From Patescibacteria group bacterium (lineage in GTDB: Bacteria > Patescibacteriota > Patescibacteriia > UBA9934): a DNA stretch of 64,000 nt. Where the stretch lies: positions 467,338 to 531,337 of the forward strand of contig JBAZXR010000001.1 of the NCBI GenBank assembly GCA_041659765.1, given 5' to 3'. Both the position numbers and the translations under genes were made by a program. Shown piece after piece: positions 48,757 through 58,872 of the stretch. Positions within the stretch are counted from its first letter, which is position 1, and each line of letters opens with the position of its first letter. A model generated the notes under the pieces. The model made no database searches and was not told the origin of the DNA. It saw only the letters and a program-made list of their open reading frames with translations.

Positions 48757-49816
48757 GGATACACTCTACCGCCGACACAAGTTTTTCGTCGAGTTCAAAC
48801 GCGAACAACTTTCCTGCAGCTTCCGACAGATCCGCTCGCTTCAGGTCATCGTGCGAAAGTTTTTGGATTACTTGAAGAAGGTTTTGCGGAGTTGCGCCTG
48901 GAGACAAGACGAAACAGGCGCCGCGAGATTCGACAGCCTGCGCGTTTTGTTCTTGATGCGAACCAGCGATTGGAATCAAGATGGTCGGTTTCTTGAGTGC
49001 AGCTACTTCCATGATGGTTCCCATGCCCGCACGGGCGACGACGACATCCGCAAGTGCATACGCATCAGCCAGCGACTCGCCCAAAAACTCAACGGCTTTA
49101 TAACCGTCGCCGATCTTTTCCAGAGCTGGCAGCATCTTGCCCTTCCCCGTTAAGTGAATAACATTCGCGGATTTCACGAGCTCAGGACCAATGGTCACAA
49201 ACATGTCGTTCATGCTAGCCGCGCCAGTACCGCCGCCAATAATAAGGACTGTTGGCAATGGCCGATGAAGCCCAAATCTTTCGCGAGCCAGATGCGCTTC
49301 GCCGAGCAACATGGACTTCCTAACGGACCCACCAGCCACCTCGGTCTTCCCTTTTGGAAAGACTGAAAGATTTTCTGGCCAAGTGACGAAAATCTTTTTC
49401 GCAATTTTTGCCATCAGTTTGTTGGCAATGCCCGGCGTCACATCAAGCTGCTCGATTACCACGGGGATTCCAAGAACCTTCGCCATGAATGCGACAGGCA
49501 CACTCACGTAGGCGCCCGCGCTTACAACAGTCAACGGCTCGATATCCTGGAGCATCGAGTATGCCTTGATCGAACTCACAATAAATTGCGGAATAATAAA
49601 CGGCAGCGTCCAAAGTCTAGTACGGTCCAACTTGGGCGCCGAGAGCACTCTAAACTCGTAGCCGTCACGCTCGACCAGTTCTCGCTCGGGTCCCTCCGGC
49701 GTACCGATCCAAACAATTTTCACCTCCGGATTTCTGTCACGCAAAAGCCGCGCCGCTGACAAAAGCGGAGTGACCGGACCAAGCGTACCTCCACCGGTGA
49801 ATAAAACGGTTTTCAT
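48722..49816 (-). CDS. murG: Undecaprenyl-PP-MurNAc-pentapeptide GlcNAc transferase MurG
   Basis: FTGGGTLGPV, GGGTGA, RAGMGT, HQEQNA; follows ftsW. Confidence 0.92.
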   Translation of the reverse strand: MKTVLFTGGGTLGPVTPLLSAARLLRDRNPEVKIVWIGTPEGPERELVERDGYEFRVLSAPKLDRTRLWTLPFIIPQFIVSSIKAYSMLQDIEPLTVVSAGAYVSVPVAFMAKVLGIPVVIEQLDVTPGIANKLMAKIAKKIFVTWPENLSVFPKGKTEVAGGSVRKSMLLGEAHLARERFGLHRPLPTVLIIGGGTGAASMNDMFVTIGPELVKSANVIHLTGKGKMLPALEKIGDGYKAVEFLGESLADAYALADVVVARAGMGTIMEVAALKKPTILIPIAGSHQEQNAQAVESRGACFVLSPGATPQNLLQVIQKLSHDDLKRADLSEAAGKLFAFELDEKLVSAVECIHDLGNAGQTLG

Positions 49817-50904
49817 ACCTCTTTCATCTCCTTCGAAATATTCAGGAGTATCCCCGCTGCCGTTAAGCATACCGCAAGTGACGTTCCGCCGTAGCTGACA
49901 AACGGGAGCGGTACACCGGTGATGGGCAGAACGCCAACCATGGCGCCAATATTCACGAACGCTTGAATACCGATCCAGGCCACAATCCCGACAGCGAGGT
50001 ATCGGCCAAAAGCATCAGGCGCCTTATCAGCGATCGTCAGGCCTCGCCAAAGAAAGGCGACGTAGAGGACCAGAAAAGCCAAGATAAGAATAAAGCCCAG
50101 TTCCTCACCGGCCACGGCAAAAATGCTGTCGCCTTCTACTTCTGGCAAATACTGAAACTTCTGCACACTATGCCCGTAGCCTCGGCCAAAGATTCCACCG
50201 GAACCAATGGCGAGCAAGGCTTGGTTAATATGATAGCCAACCCCCTGCGGGTCGAGCTCTGGATGCAGGAAGGTCATGAACCGGGCGGCTCGATAGGGTG
50301 AAAACCTTATCAAAAGCCAAAATAAACCGGCGCCAAGTCCGCCAAAGATAAAAAAATATCTGAGCGGCGCCCCCGCCACAAAATAAACGGCCAGCGACAT
50401 CGCAACAATAATGGCCATTGATCCGGTATCGGGCTCGAGAATTAAGAGGCCCATCACAATGCCAAGGATGGTCATGAACGGAATCAGTCCGGTATTTATG
50501 TTGTGCAAATCGTCCTTTGATCGTTTCTCCATCCATGCCGCAAGGTAGATCAAGAAAGTAAGTTTAACGATCTCAGACGGCTGAATGGAAAAACTGCCAA
50601 GTGTAATCCAACTCTTAGATGAACCAAAGTCAGCCTGCAATCCGGGAACGAACACCAAGACAAGAAGACCAATCGAAACGAGCAACATGAGAAACGCATA
50701 ATCTCGGTAAAACGAGTACGGAATCCGGGAAGCGATAACAGCGCCAATGACACCCGGAATGAGACCGAAGATCACCTGGTGCTTCAAAAAATAGTAGCCG
50801 TCGTGAAACTTATCAAAGCCAAGCGGCCAGGACGCAGATGCCAACATCGCCAGGCCGAAGAGCACGAGACCGGAAAGCAGGACCAAGAGTGTTCGGTCCG
50901 ACAT
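49813..50904 (-). CDS. ftsW: SEDS peptidoglycan polymerase FtsW
   Basis: QPSEIVK, EPDTG, YLPE..DSIFA, PITGVPLPFVSYGGTS. Confidence 0.94.
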   Translation of the reverse strand: MSDRTLLVLLSGLVLFGLAMLASASWPLGFDKFHDGYYFLKHQVIFGLIPGVIGAVIASRIPYSFYRDYAFLMLLVSIGLLVLVFVPGLQADFGSSKSWITLGSFSIQPSEIVKLTFLIYLAAWMEKRSKDDLHNINTGLIPFMTILGIVMGLLILEPDTGSMAIIVAMSLAVYFVAGAPLRYFFIFGGLGAGLFWLLIRFSPYRAARFMTFLHPELDPQGVGYHINQALLAIGSGGIFGRGYGHSVQKFQYLPEVEGDSIFAVAGEELGFILILAFLVLYVAFLWRGLTIADKAPDAFGRYLAVGIVAWIGIQAFVNIGAMVGVLPITGVPLPFVSYGGTSLAVCLTAAGILLNISKEMKEV

Positions 50905-50906
50905 AG

Positions 50907-51977
50907 CTAAGAAAAGAAACTTGGATCAAGAAGGGCAAGGATCAGGCCAATTCCGGCGCCGATCCACGAAATTACCCAAAAGCGCATGACCACTTTTGGC
51001 TCTGGCCAGCCCTTGGCCTCAAAGTGATGATGAATAGGCGCGATCAAAAATACTTTCTTCTGCAAAAGTTTCATTTTGACGAGTTTCTTCGAGGCGATCT
51101 GAATCAAGGTGGTGAGCGCTTCGACTACAAACACGATACCGATGATCGGCAAAAGGGCTACCGTGTTTGTCAGCATCGCCACCACTCCGAGCGTGACCCC
51201 AAGACTCATTGCCCCTGTATCCCCCATAATAAAACGCGCCGGATAGATGTTGAACCAGAGGAAGGCAAGCGTCGCGCCAACAATGACTCCGCACAGGGCG
51301 GCCAGTTCAAATTTACCCTCGAGCAAAGCAATAATGGCGTAGGCGGCAAAGGCCGAGGCGAGCGTTCCACCAGCCAGTCCGTCAAGCCCATCAGTCTGAT
51401 TAACGGAGAACGAAGTAGCGACAATGACGAGGATAAAAAGGAGAATGTACCAAGGTCCAATGGAAATATCGCCGGCAAAAGGAATGTGGAGCGCGTCAAA
51501 ACCAAGTTTAAAATAAAACCACCACGCGCCGATAGCCGCAATAATAGTGTAGAGGACTATTCGCTCGCGGAAACGAATTCCGCCACCGTCAGGACCGATC
51601 TTCAAGATATTAAATAGGTCGTCGACTATACCCACCAAACCAGCGGCCACGAGCACGGCGAGCGGGAGCCAAGTCTGTGAGCGCGTCAGAAAACTTAACG
51701 GAGCAAGAGGGCTGCTGGGAAATAACCCGGCGATCAAGGCAAAAAATAAGGCCAAAAACAGCGCCGTACCCCACATGAGAGTTCCGCCCATAGTGGGCAC
51801 GCCAGCTTTCTTTTTGTGCAGCTCCGCAAACATGGGCGCCTTCACCGCGCTCCGAATACTTTTGCCTAAGCGGTACTTATACAAAAAGTGCGTTAAAGCC
51901 GGCGTCCAGGCTATAGCCACGACAAAAGCTAAAGTAGAGAGGAGGAGTATTTTGCCAATCGCGAAGGGATCAACCAT
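50907..51977 (-). CDS. mraY: Phospho-N-acetylmuramoyl-pentapeptide transferase
   Basis: KAGVPTMGG, VDD, TDGLDGL, FIMGDTG, APIHHHFE..GWPE.KVV.RFW. Confidence 0.96.
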   Translation of the reverse strand: MVDPFAIGKILLLSTLAFVVAIAWTPALTHFLYKYRLGKSIRSAVKAPMFAELHKKKAGVPTMGGTLMWGTALFLALFFALIAGLFPSSPLAPLSFLTRSQTWLPLAVLVAAGLVGIVDDLFNILKIGPDGGGIRFRERIVLYTIIAAIGAWWFYFKLGFDALHIPFAGDISIGPWYILLFILVIVATSFSVNQTDGLDGLAGGTLASAFAAYAIIALLEGKFELAALCGVIVGATLAFLWFNIYPARFIMGDTGAMSLGVTLGVVAMLTNTVALLPIIGIVFVVEALTTLIQIASKKLVKMKLLQKKVFLIAPIHHHFEAKGWPEPKVVMRFWVISWIGAGIGLILALLDPSFFS

Positions 51978-52362
51978 ACGAGATGTTCAAGAGGATAATG
52001 AAGATGGTAGCCACAAAGAGAATCGATTCTATAAACAAAGTGGCTCCGGCCGCCATATATGAAAGTGCCCGCTCGCCCTTCATGAAATAACGAATCAGTC
52101 CCATATTGAGTAACAGCATAACCAATCCAATCGTTGGCACAGTATAAATTCTCCACCATTCGCCGATGGTGTCTACGCCAAAATGAATATTGTAGTGAAG
52201 CGGAACCGCTGTTTGGCCGTAAACCATGGGCAACACCCGCCAAGAAATAAGAGCGATCTCCGTCAGGATCAACAACACACAAATGATAGGCACGAAACGA
52301 AAAAAACCGACGCTCCAGAGCCGTTGATCACTGCCTTCGTGCAAGGTAAATAATGAGCGCAT
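51970..52362 (-). CDS. Hypothetical membrane protein (DUF1648-like)
   Basis: PLHYNIHFGVD..G.W motif, 3 TM. Confidence 0.7.
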   Translation of the reverse strand: MRSLFTLHEGSDQRLWSVGFFRFVPIICVLLILTEIALISWRVLPMVYGQTAVPLHYNIHFGVDTIGEWWRIYTVPTIGLVMLLLNMGLIRYFMKGERALSYMAAGATLFIESILFVATIFIILLNISYG

Positions 52363-52365
52363 GTG

Positions 52366-52593
52366 CTAAGCAACCTGAACCACTTCTTTAATTTGAGGCA
52401 CCGTTTCATGCAACATGACCGCCACCCCGTCTTGAAGCGTAACGGCCTGGAGCATACAAGAAGAACACATACCCGTAAAACGAACCTTCACCACTCCCGA
52501 AGCTTCGTCACAATCCACTAATTCTATGCCCCCGGCATGGATTTTAAGGGCTTCTGACACCCCCAAAAGGGCCTTTTCAACAGCTTCACGCAT
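52366..52593 (-). CDS. NifU-like domain protein
   Basis: HAGGIELV, GMCSSC, TLQDGV; start after TATAAT. Confidence 0.85.
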   Translation of the reverse strand: MREAVEKALLGVSEALKIHAGGIELVDCDEASGVVKVRFTGMCSSCMLQAVTLQDGVAVMLHETVPQIKEVVQVA

Positions 52594-52620
52594 AGCATTT
52601 TCATTATACACCTCTAATCC

Positions 52621-52649
52621 TTGACTAATTATACGGTTTCGCGTAATCT
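52621..52649 (+). promoter_or_regulatory. rpmA promoter
   Basis: TTGACT-17-TAATCT. Confidence 0.7.
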
Positions 52650-52672
52650 TCCGCCATTCGTATTTACTTTCT

Positions 52673-52945
52673 ATGGCACATAAACTTGCCCAAGGTTCTA
52701 CAAGAAACGGCCGAGATTCGCAACCCAAGCAGCTTGGCGTTAAGCGTTCTGATGGCACCACCGTCAAAACCGGCGAAATTTTGATCCGCCAGCGCGGTAC
52801 CAAAATCCACCCTGGAAAGAACGTGAAAGTCGGTACCGACTTCACTATCTACGCCATGAAGGACGGCGTAGTAAAGTTCATGAAGAAGCAATCCCCGAAC
52901 TTCGTGGGTGCGCTCAAACTCCGCACTTACGTGTCCGTTGTCTAA
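52673..52945 (+). CDS. rpmA: 50S ribosomal protein L27
   Basis: [28 protein letters not shown]. Confidence 0.97.
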   Translation: MAHKLAQGSTRNGRDSQPKQLGVKRSDGTTVKTGEILIRQRGTKIHPGKNVKVGTDFTIYAMKDGVVKFMKKQSPNFVGALKLRTYVSVV

Positions 52946-52957
52946 ATACTCCAAACC

Positions 52958-52987
52958 CAAAAACGAGCCCGAAAGGGCTCGTTTTTG
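52958..52987. terminator. Bidirectional terminator rpmA/pyrG
   Basis: CAAAAACGAGCCC-GAAA-GGGCTCGTTTTTG. Confidence 0.85.
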
Positions 52988-52993
52988 TATCGC

Positions 52994-53075
52994 GGGCGGG
53001 AATAATACTGTCGCGATGAGGCTGCTTAGTCGGTAATCCGACGACAGCCGAAGAGCAACAGTATTATTCCCGCCC
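52994..53075. repeat. 82-nt hairpin element with perfect 18-bp terminal inverted repeats
   Basis: GGGCGGGAATAATACTGT ... ACAGTATTATTCCCGCCC. Confidence 0.85.
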
Positions 53076-54683
53076 AGTAAGGAGAGCCACAAAGAGCGGG
53101 TGTGGAGCTAGCGGCCGGCTTTGGAACTCGGGGTGAAACTGCACGCCTACAAAGAACGGATGCTCTTTGTGCTCGATCATTTCTACGAGTGAGCCGTCGG
53201 GCGAGGTGCCGGCAATTATCAAACCAGCCTGTTCAAGCTCGACGCGAAAAGTATTGTTGAACTCATAGCGGTGACGGTGTCGCTCTGAGATCGTCGTGCG
53301 CCCGTAAGCATCGATTGACTTCGTGCCAGGTGCTAAGAGACAGTCATAGGAACCGAGGCGGAGCGTTCCGCCGTACTTACCCTTCTCCACATTCTCGTCC
53401 TGTCCCGGAAGAAAATCAATCACCGGATGACTAGTCAATTTGTCGATCTCGGTCGTGTTCGCATCAGCCCAACCGAGCACGTTCCGGGCGTATTCGATAA
53501 CCGCCAATTGCATGCCGTAACACAGACCGAGGTACGGAATCTTGTTCTTGCGGGCGAACTCGATGACTTTTATTTTCCCCTCGATGCCACGCGAACCGAA
53601 CCCGCCAGGGACGACGATCGCCTGGAGATCTCTAAGCGATTCTAACTTGTCCGGATTCTGATCAAACTCTTCAGCATTCAACCACTCGATCACCGGTTTA
53701 ACGCCAACAGCCGCGCCAGCATGCTTGATCGCTTCAAGCACCGAGAGATACACGTCCGATAACACAAAGTCGCCGGTAGAAAAATACTTGCCAACCACGC
53801 CCACGCGGATTTCCTTTTGCGCCGATCGAATCTTAGCCGTGAAGGCGTTCCATTCCTCCAGCTTGTTGCCGTGTGGCATAAGGCCAAAGCTGTGCAGAAT
53901 CTTCATGGCGAATTCCTGACCTTCAAAGATATCGGGAATGTCGTAAATGCTTTTTACGTCCGGAGCGGAGATAATATGCTCGGCCGGAACAGCACAAAAC
54001 TGCGCGATCTTTTCCTTACGAGGCTTATCGATCGGCATTTCTGAGCGACCAACAATAAAGTTTGGAAGAATTCCCGTACCGTTTAACTCGCGTACGGCGT
54101 ACTGAGTAGGCTTCGTCTTCATCTCACCAATTGATCTCGGCACCGGCAAATAACTAACGAGTACAAACTGCACGCGGTCGCGTCCGAGCTCGCCCTGCAT
54201 CATGCGGGCAGCTTCAAGGAACAAAATGTTCTGGTACTCGCCGACCGTCCCGCCGACCTCGATAATCGTAATATCGGCCTGTGCATTTTCTGCTGCAGCT
54301 TTGATTCGTCGGATGATCTCCTCGGGAACATGTGGAACTACCTCCACACACTTCCCGCCGTACTCTAGATTCCGCTCGCGGGCGATGACCGATTGGTAGA
54401 CTCGACCCGTCGTCATGTAGTTGAGACGAGTAATGTCTTCGTTTAAAAAGCGTTCGTAGGTTCCAATATCTTGATCGGTCTCGTCGCCGTCGATGGTTAC
54501 AAAAACTTCACCATGTTCCAAAGGATTCATCGTTCCCGCGTCTACGTTTACGTAAGGATCGATCTTCATCATCGTAATTTTGTACCCTTTAGCCTTAAGT
54601 GTAAGGGCCAAAGCCGCACTCGATGTCCCCTTGCCCACACCACTCATGACTCCGCCCACAATAAACAAGTAGGAATGTTGCAT
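53064..54683 (-). CDS. pyrG: CTP synthase
   Basis: GGVMSGVGKG, DPYVNVDAGTM, KTKPTQ, PGGFG.RG, GLCYGMQ, ERHRHRYE, QFHPEF. Confidence 0.97.
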   Translation of the reverse strand: MQHSYLFIVGGVMSGVGKGTSSAALALTLKAKGYKITMMKIDPYVNVDAGTMNPLEHGEVFVTIDGDETDQDIGTYERFLNEDITRLNYMTTGRVYQSVIARERNLEYGGKCVEVVPHVPEEIIRRIKAAAENAQADITIIEVGGTVGEYQNILFLEAARMMQGELGRDRVQFVLVSYLPVPRSIGEMKTKPTQYAVRELNGTGILPNFIVGRSEMPIDKPRKEKIAQFCAVPAEHIISAPDVKSIYDIPDIFEGQEFAMKILHSFGLMPHGNKLEEWNAFTAKIRSAQKEIRVGVVGKYFSTGDFVLSDVYLSVLEAIKHAGAAVGVKPVIEWLNAEEFDQNPDKLESLRDLQAIVVPGGFGSRGIEGKIKVIEFARKNKIPYLGLCYGMQLAVIEYARNVLGWADANTTEIDKLTSHPVIDFLPGQDENVEKGKYGGTLRLGSYDCLLAPGTKSIDAYGRTTISERHRHRYEFNNTFRVELEQAGLIIAGTSPDGSLVEMIEHKEHPFFVGVQFHPEFQSRPLAPHPLFVALLTGRE

Positions 54684-54701
54684 AAAAAGAAGAGCCGACC
54701 A

Positions 54702-55121
54702 TTAGGCCGGCTCTAGGGTAACCTTTATTTGTGCTTCGAAGCCAGAGGAGAACTCCACAGGGACATCTGAAGTTGTAAAGTTGTTGAGTTGTAAAGTTTT
54801 AATAGCGTCCTTAGGCACAGTGTAGCCGAGTTCCTTCAGCCCCTTTCTGATCTCGGTGGCAGTGACTGCGGACTTTGGTTTGCCTTTGACCGACTTCACC
54901 GGGATGACAACCTCGAGACCGTCAATCTCGGCTGCCAGTTTCTCTTCTGCCAGTTCAGCCTTTGTTGGCTCTTGGCTCTTGATCTCCTTTAGTGTCTTCT
55001 CTCCGCCCTCGACAGCAAGGTGCTGAGGAAACAAAAAATGCGTAGCGTACCCTTCCGGGACTTCTACACTTTGGCCTTCGGCGCCAAGCGACGCGACGTT
55101 TTCCAAGAGGGTGACGAGCAT
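54702..55121 (-). CDS. rplI: 50S ribosomal protein L9 (divergent)
   Basis: V.LLENVASLGAEG..VEV.EGYA.HFLFP..LA; SAVTATEI. Confidence 0.82.
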   Translation of the reverse strand: MLVTLLENVASLGAEGQSVEVPEGYATHFLFPQHLAVEGGEKTLKEIKSQEPTKAELAEEKLAAEIDGLEVVIPVKSVKGKPKSAVTATEIRKGLKELGYTVPKDAIKTLQLNNFTTSDVPVEFSSGFEAQIKVTLEPA

Positions 55122-55621
55122 AGGCGTAATGCCTTCTTGATTATACCAAGCATATCCTTGTAGCTCGAACGTTTAAGCAGTTCATCGGCCGGGACCCAGG
55201 CTACGTCCTTAATGGTCTCCCCCTGTTCCTGCGGCGCTGGTTTTATCAGGATGGCGTCCGGATGGGCTTCGAACAAGAAATAGTGGATGTACTTATGGAT
55301 CAGGCTGCCCTTATGGACGAAGCGATCGCGGAACCAGATGTCGATCGTGTCGAGTCTGGCGATGGTTCTGAGGCGCGTGAGTCCCATCTCTTCACGAATC
55401 TCGCGCACGGCCGCTTCCCGGTAGCGCTCGTCCAGCTTCACATGGCCTTTGGGGAACGCCCATTTGCCGTAACTATCCACGACCATCGCAAAGACCACGC
55501 CGGTTTTTGTGCGCTTGAAAACTAAGCCTCCAGCGGAGACTTCCGTGCGGTGCTTGCCTCCTCCTGGCTTATTTCTTGAGGAGATCGATCGCCTTTTGAA
55601 GTTGGGGGTCTCGGTTTGCAT
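55064..55621 (-). CDS. NUDIX hydrolase (Ap4A hydrolase-like)
   Basis: SAGGLVF, WAFPKGHV...AAVREIREEMG, KYIHYFL. Confidence 0.87.
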   Translation of the reverse strand: MQTETPNFKRRSISSRNKPGGGKHRTEVSAGGLVFKRTKTGVVFAMVVDSYGKWAFPKGHVKLDERYREAAVREIREEMGLTRLRTIARLDTIDIWFRDRFVHKGSLIHKYIHYFLFEAHPDAILIKPAPQEQGETIKDVAWVPADELLKRSSYKDMLGIIKKALRLCSSPSWKTSRRLAPKAKV

Positions 55622-56795
55622 GTAAGTCTTCTACCGTAAATGGGACAACCGTGTCAGGCATGATGCCTTCTTTATCAATCGACCGGCCAAGCGGAGTCAA
55701 CCAGCGAGCCACGGTAATCTTCACCGCGCTGCCATCTGGCAAATCATGATATTCCTGAACCGAACCTTTACCGAATGTTTTCTCGCCGACCAAACCTGCA
55801 AAGTGATAATCCTGTAAGGCACCGGACAAAATTTCCGAAGCCGAGGCCGAACCGCCGTTCACAAGCACCATGGTTGGCATCTTCGAGAGAAGATTGTTTC
55901 CGCGGGCAATTGTCTCGGTACGCTTGCCGCGCACTTCTTCCATGACCGCGGTTTTACCATCCATCCAATAACCGGCCAGATTAATTGCCGAATCGAGCAG
56001 ACCACCTGGATCATTCCGCAGGTCCACAACCAAGCCCTGGGCATTTTTCTTCATGATGTCCGTTACGGCGTCAGCAAACAATTTAGTTGTGTCTTCGTTA
56101 AAGATCGTCACGGTAATCACCGCGATGCCATCATCACGCATTTTCCACGTTACACTCTTCACGGAGATTTCATCGCGAGTAATCTCCACTGTCTTTGGCG
56201 TCTTTGCGCCTTTAGAAAGAATCACGAGCTTCACTGACGTGCCCTTTTCACCGCGAATCTTTTTCACTGCCTCATCAACACTCATGCCGGTAGTATCGAC
56301 CGTATCAATCGCCAAAATATGATCCTCAGCCAAGATGCCGGCTTTATCAGCCGGCGTCCCCGGCAGTGGGGCGATCACGGTAATAAAACCGTCTTTATCA
56401 AGGCCGATCTGAGCGCCGATACCAAAAAACGTACCGTCCAGTTCGTCATTAAACGCTTGCGCGCTCTCCGGATCAAAAAATGTAGAGTAGTGGTCCTGCA
56501 AACCAAACACCATACCATCGAGCGCACCGTAAAAGAGATCTTTATCTGAAACTGGCTGGTCAACGTACTGTGATTTAGCTAACTTCCAAACATCCCAAAA
56601 CATATTAAAGTCCACGTCCTTCAGGGCGAAAGGCGGGAGTGCGCCCATGTTAGAGATGGTATCGGAGCTTGGAGCAGCCCCGCTGACAGACGGCACTCGG
56701 CCGGCAATAAAGCCCCCAGAGAAAACCGCCGCGGACCCGACTACCAAAATAAGTGCCTTAAAAGAATGGGGCAAAGAAGAGGGAGACATTCTCAT
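55569..56795 (-). CDS. S41A carboxyl-terminal processing protease
   Basis: GIGA, PDZ, DLRNDPGG, SASASEI, TFGKGSVQ, DPQL. Confidence 0.94.
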   Translation of the reverse strand: MRMSPSSLPHSFKALILVVGSAAVFSGGFIAGRVPSVSGAAPSSDTISNMGALPPFALKDVDFNMFWDVWKLAKSQYVDQPVSDKDLFYGALDGMVFGLQDHYSTFFDPESAQAFNDELDGTFFGIGAQIGLDKDGFITVIAPLPGTPADKAGILAEDHILAIDTVDTTGMSVDEAVKKIRGEKGTSVKLVILSKGAKTPKTVEITRDEISVKSVTWKMRDDGIAVITVTIFNEDTTKLFADAVTDIMKKNAQGLVVDLRNDPGGLLDSAINLAGYWMDGKTAVMEEVRGKRTETIARGNNLLSKMPTMVLVNGGSASASEILSGALQDYHFAGLVGEKTFGKGSVQEYHDLPDGSAVKITVARWLTPLGRSIDKEGIMPDTVVPFTVEDLHANRDPQLQKAIDLLKK

Positions 56796-56824
56796 AGATT
56801 TCTAAGCCATGCTACCATACTGAT

Positions 56825-58015
56825 ATGCGTAAAACAACCCGCCAAATCCTCTTTTTCTTCTTTGCTGGGGCTTTCTTAGTATCTGCACCGCTCGTGGTGC
56901 TCTACACCGCTGGCTACCGGTTAAGTTTGAACAACTACCGCGTGCTGGAAACGGGCGCGATTGCCACCAGCACCAGTCCACGGGGAGCAACTGTGTTGGT
57001 TGACGCCAAAAAAGAATCGGCCAAAACCCCAGCCGTGATTCAGAATATTTTACCGCATGACACGCGCGTCAGGTTTGAACGCGCCGGCTATATTCCCTGG
57101 GAACAAACCGTACCGGTCAGCGCCGGCCGAACCACCTACGTTTCGGCGGTGCTCTTTGCAGACACTGAGCCAGAAAAGTTTATGGCGTTTGGCACAGGCT
57201 CGGTCTTTGCCCATTCAACCAACGGCCGATATCTCTTGATCCTAAATCCAGACATGGATGGCACAAACGTGACCCTCTACGATAATTTGACTCGTTTTGC
57301 CAAAACGCTGTCCAAGTTGCCACACGCCACGACTCCTTACAGCGCAGCCTACGGGGAAAGCGAAAATCTTTTTGTCGTCTCAGCCGGTGGTACGCCGGTC
57401 ATCGGCTTCACCGTTAACGGCGAACGAGTGGACGGCAACGCGATTCCCCGGACCGGTACAAATGCTCCGGTCACGCTTGTGGACAACGGGGAGAATGTAG
57501 AAGTCCGCCCGGCTCGGAGTAATACGCAAACTGTCCTAGCGCTTCTACCGAAGGGGGCGTACTCGACCGTTGCCTTTGATGATGAATTTGTGGTTTTGAA
57601 AGATGAGCGTCGGGTCCTAACTGTTGTTTCGCTGGCTGGAAATAATGCCATCTCTCTAGACTCCCCCGCCGTCACGCTCAGCTGGTTGCCTGATTTTCAT
57701 CTCCTAGCCTGGTCTGATGGCGTTGAAGTCAACAGCTATGACGCCACCACCGGTGAGCGGACATTCTTCACCCGCCAAAGCGATCTCATCACCTCGCTTG
57801 CTTGGCATCCAAGCGGTTCGGCAGTCCTAGTCGGCACCTCGACGCACATCACAGCCATAGACAAAGAGGCCTTCAATAACCGTGTTTCAACCTTACTCTT
57901 GGACTCAAAATCTGCTCTCCTTGATATGTGGCTCGATAAAGCCGGCAAAAACCTCTACATCATTAGGAATAGAGATGGATTCCCTACTCTTGAACGAAGA
58001 AGGCTGGTGCAGTAA
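56825..58015 (+). CDS. PEGA-domain membrane protein with beta-propeller-like C-terminus
   Basis: LYTAGYR..TG...STSPRGA.V.VD..TP, GYIPW; WHPSG. Confidence 0.8.
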   Translation: MRKTTRQILFFFFAGAFLVSAPLVVLYTAGYRLSLNNYRVLETGAIATSTSPRGATVLVDAKKESAKTPAVIQNILPHDTRVRFERAGYIPWEQTVPVSAGRTTYVSAVLFADTEPEKFMAFGTGSVFAHSTNGRYLLILNPDMDGTNVTLYDNLTRFAKTLSKLPHATTPYSAAYGESENLFVVSAGGTPVIGFTVNGERVDGNAIPRTGTNAPVTLVDNGENVEVRPARSNTQTVLALLPKGAYSTVAFDDEFVVLKDERRVLTVVSLAGNNAISLDSPAVTLSWLPDFHLLAWSDGVEVNSYDATTGERTFFTRQSDLITSLAWHPSGSAVLVGTSTHITAIDKEAFNNRVSTLLLDSKSALLDMWLDKAGKNLYIIRNRDGFPTLERRRLVQ

Positions 58016-58032
58016 GGTGGGAGGAGAAGTTT

Positions 58033-58872
58033 ATGACCGATGTAACAGTGGTATTTGTAAACTATAAAATGAAGGATGATATCCTCCGCGCGGCCGCGGC
58101 GGTCCTTTCTGACCTGGATGATTCTTCACTATCGGCTGAAGTGGTGGTGGTCGATAACTCACAAAACGCGGACGGCATCCGTGAGGCACTCGCCCAAGCG
58201 CTCCCTCGCGTGCGGTACGTAGATGCCGGCGGGAATGTGGGTTTTGGCAAAGGAAACACTATTGGCTTCAAGGCATTCCCAGCGCGCTATTATTTTGCGC
58301 TGAACCGAGACACGGATATTGCCAAAGGGACAAAGACCATGGAGCGCCTCATCGCCTTCATGGACGCCAACCCGCTCGTGGGCATCTGCGGACCCAAACT
58401 GGTCTACCCGGACGGCCGTCTGCAGTATTCCTGCTACCGGTTTGATCTCCCGTCGCTGTTTATCAAACCGTTCAAGCAGGCCCGGCTCGATGGAAAATTG
58501 CCGCTTGCCAAGAGACTCGTCGACCGCCTGCAGATGACGGATTTCGACCATGAATCCACCAGACCCGTCGATTGGGTTCTCGGCGCGGCGCTACTTGTGA
58601 GGGGCGAGGCTATCCAAGAGGTGGGCTGGTTTGACGAGCGCTATTTCATGTACTTGGAAGATTGCGACTGGTGCCGAACCATGTGGGAAAAAGGGTGGAA
58701 AGTCTATTACGTCCATGACGTAGAGATCACCCATGTACACGAACGACAGAGCGCCAGAGTTCCTGGTATTCTGTCCGCGATTCTAAAAAACAAACTCGCG
58801 CGAGTCCACGGCGCCAGCTGGCTCCGCTATCTTTCAAAGTGGGCGTTCAAACACCGCAACTATGCCGAATAA
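58033..58872 (+). CDS. GT2 glycosyltransferase (WbbL/rhamnosyltransferase-like)
   Basis: VVDNS, NVGFGKGN, LNRD, DWVLGAAL, FDERYFMYLEDCDWC. Confidence 0.9.
   Translation: MTDVTVVFVNYKMKDDILRAAAAVLSDLDDSSLSAEVVVVDNSQNADGIREALAQALPRVRYVDAGGNVGFGKGNTIGFKAFPARYYFALNRDTDIAKGTKTMERLIAFMDANPLVGICGPKLVYPDGRLQYSCYRFDLPSLFIKPFKQARLDGKLPLAKRLVDRLQMTDFDHESTRPVDWVLGAALLVRGEAIQEVGWFDERYFMYLEDCDWCRTMWEKGWKVYYVHDVEITHVHERQSARVPGILSAILKNKLARVHGASWLRYLSKWAFKHRNYAE

Noticed and set aside
52994-53075. Hammerhead ribozyme or SRP RNA
   Set aside because: GAUGA/GAA resembles the hammerhead core but there is no CUGA or third stem; the SRP CAGG-GGAA-AGCA domain is absent
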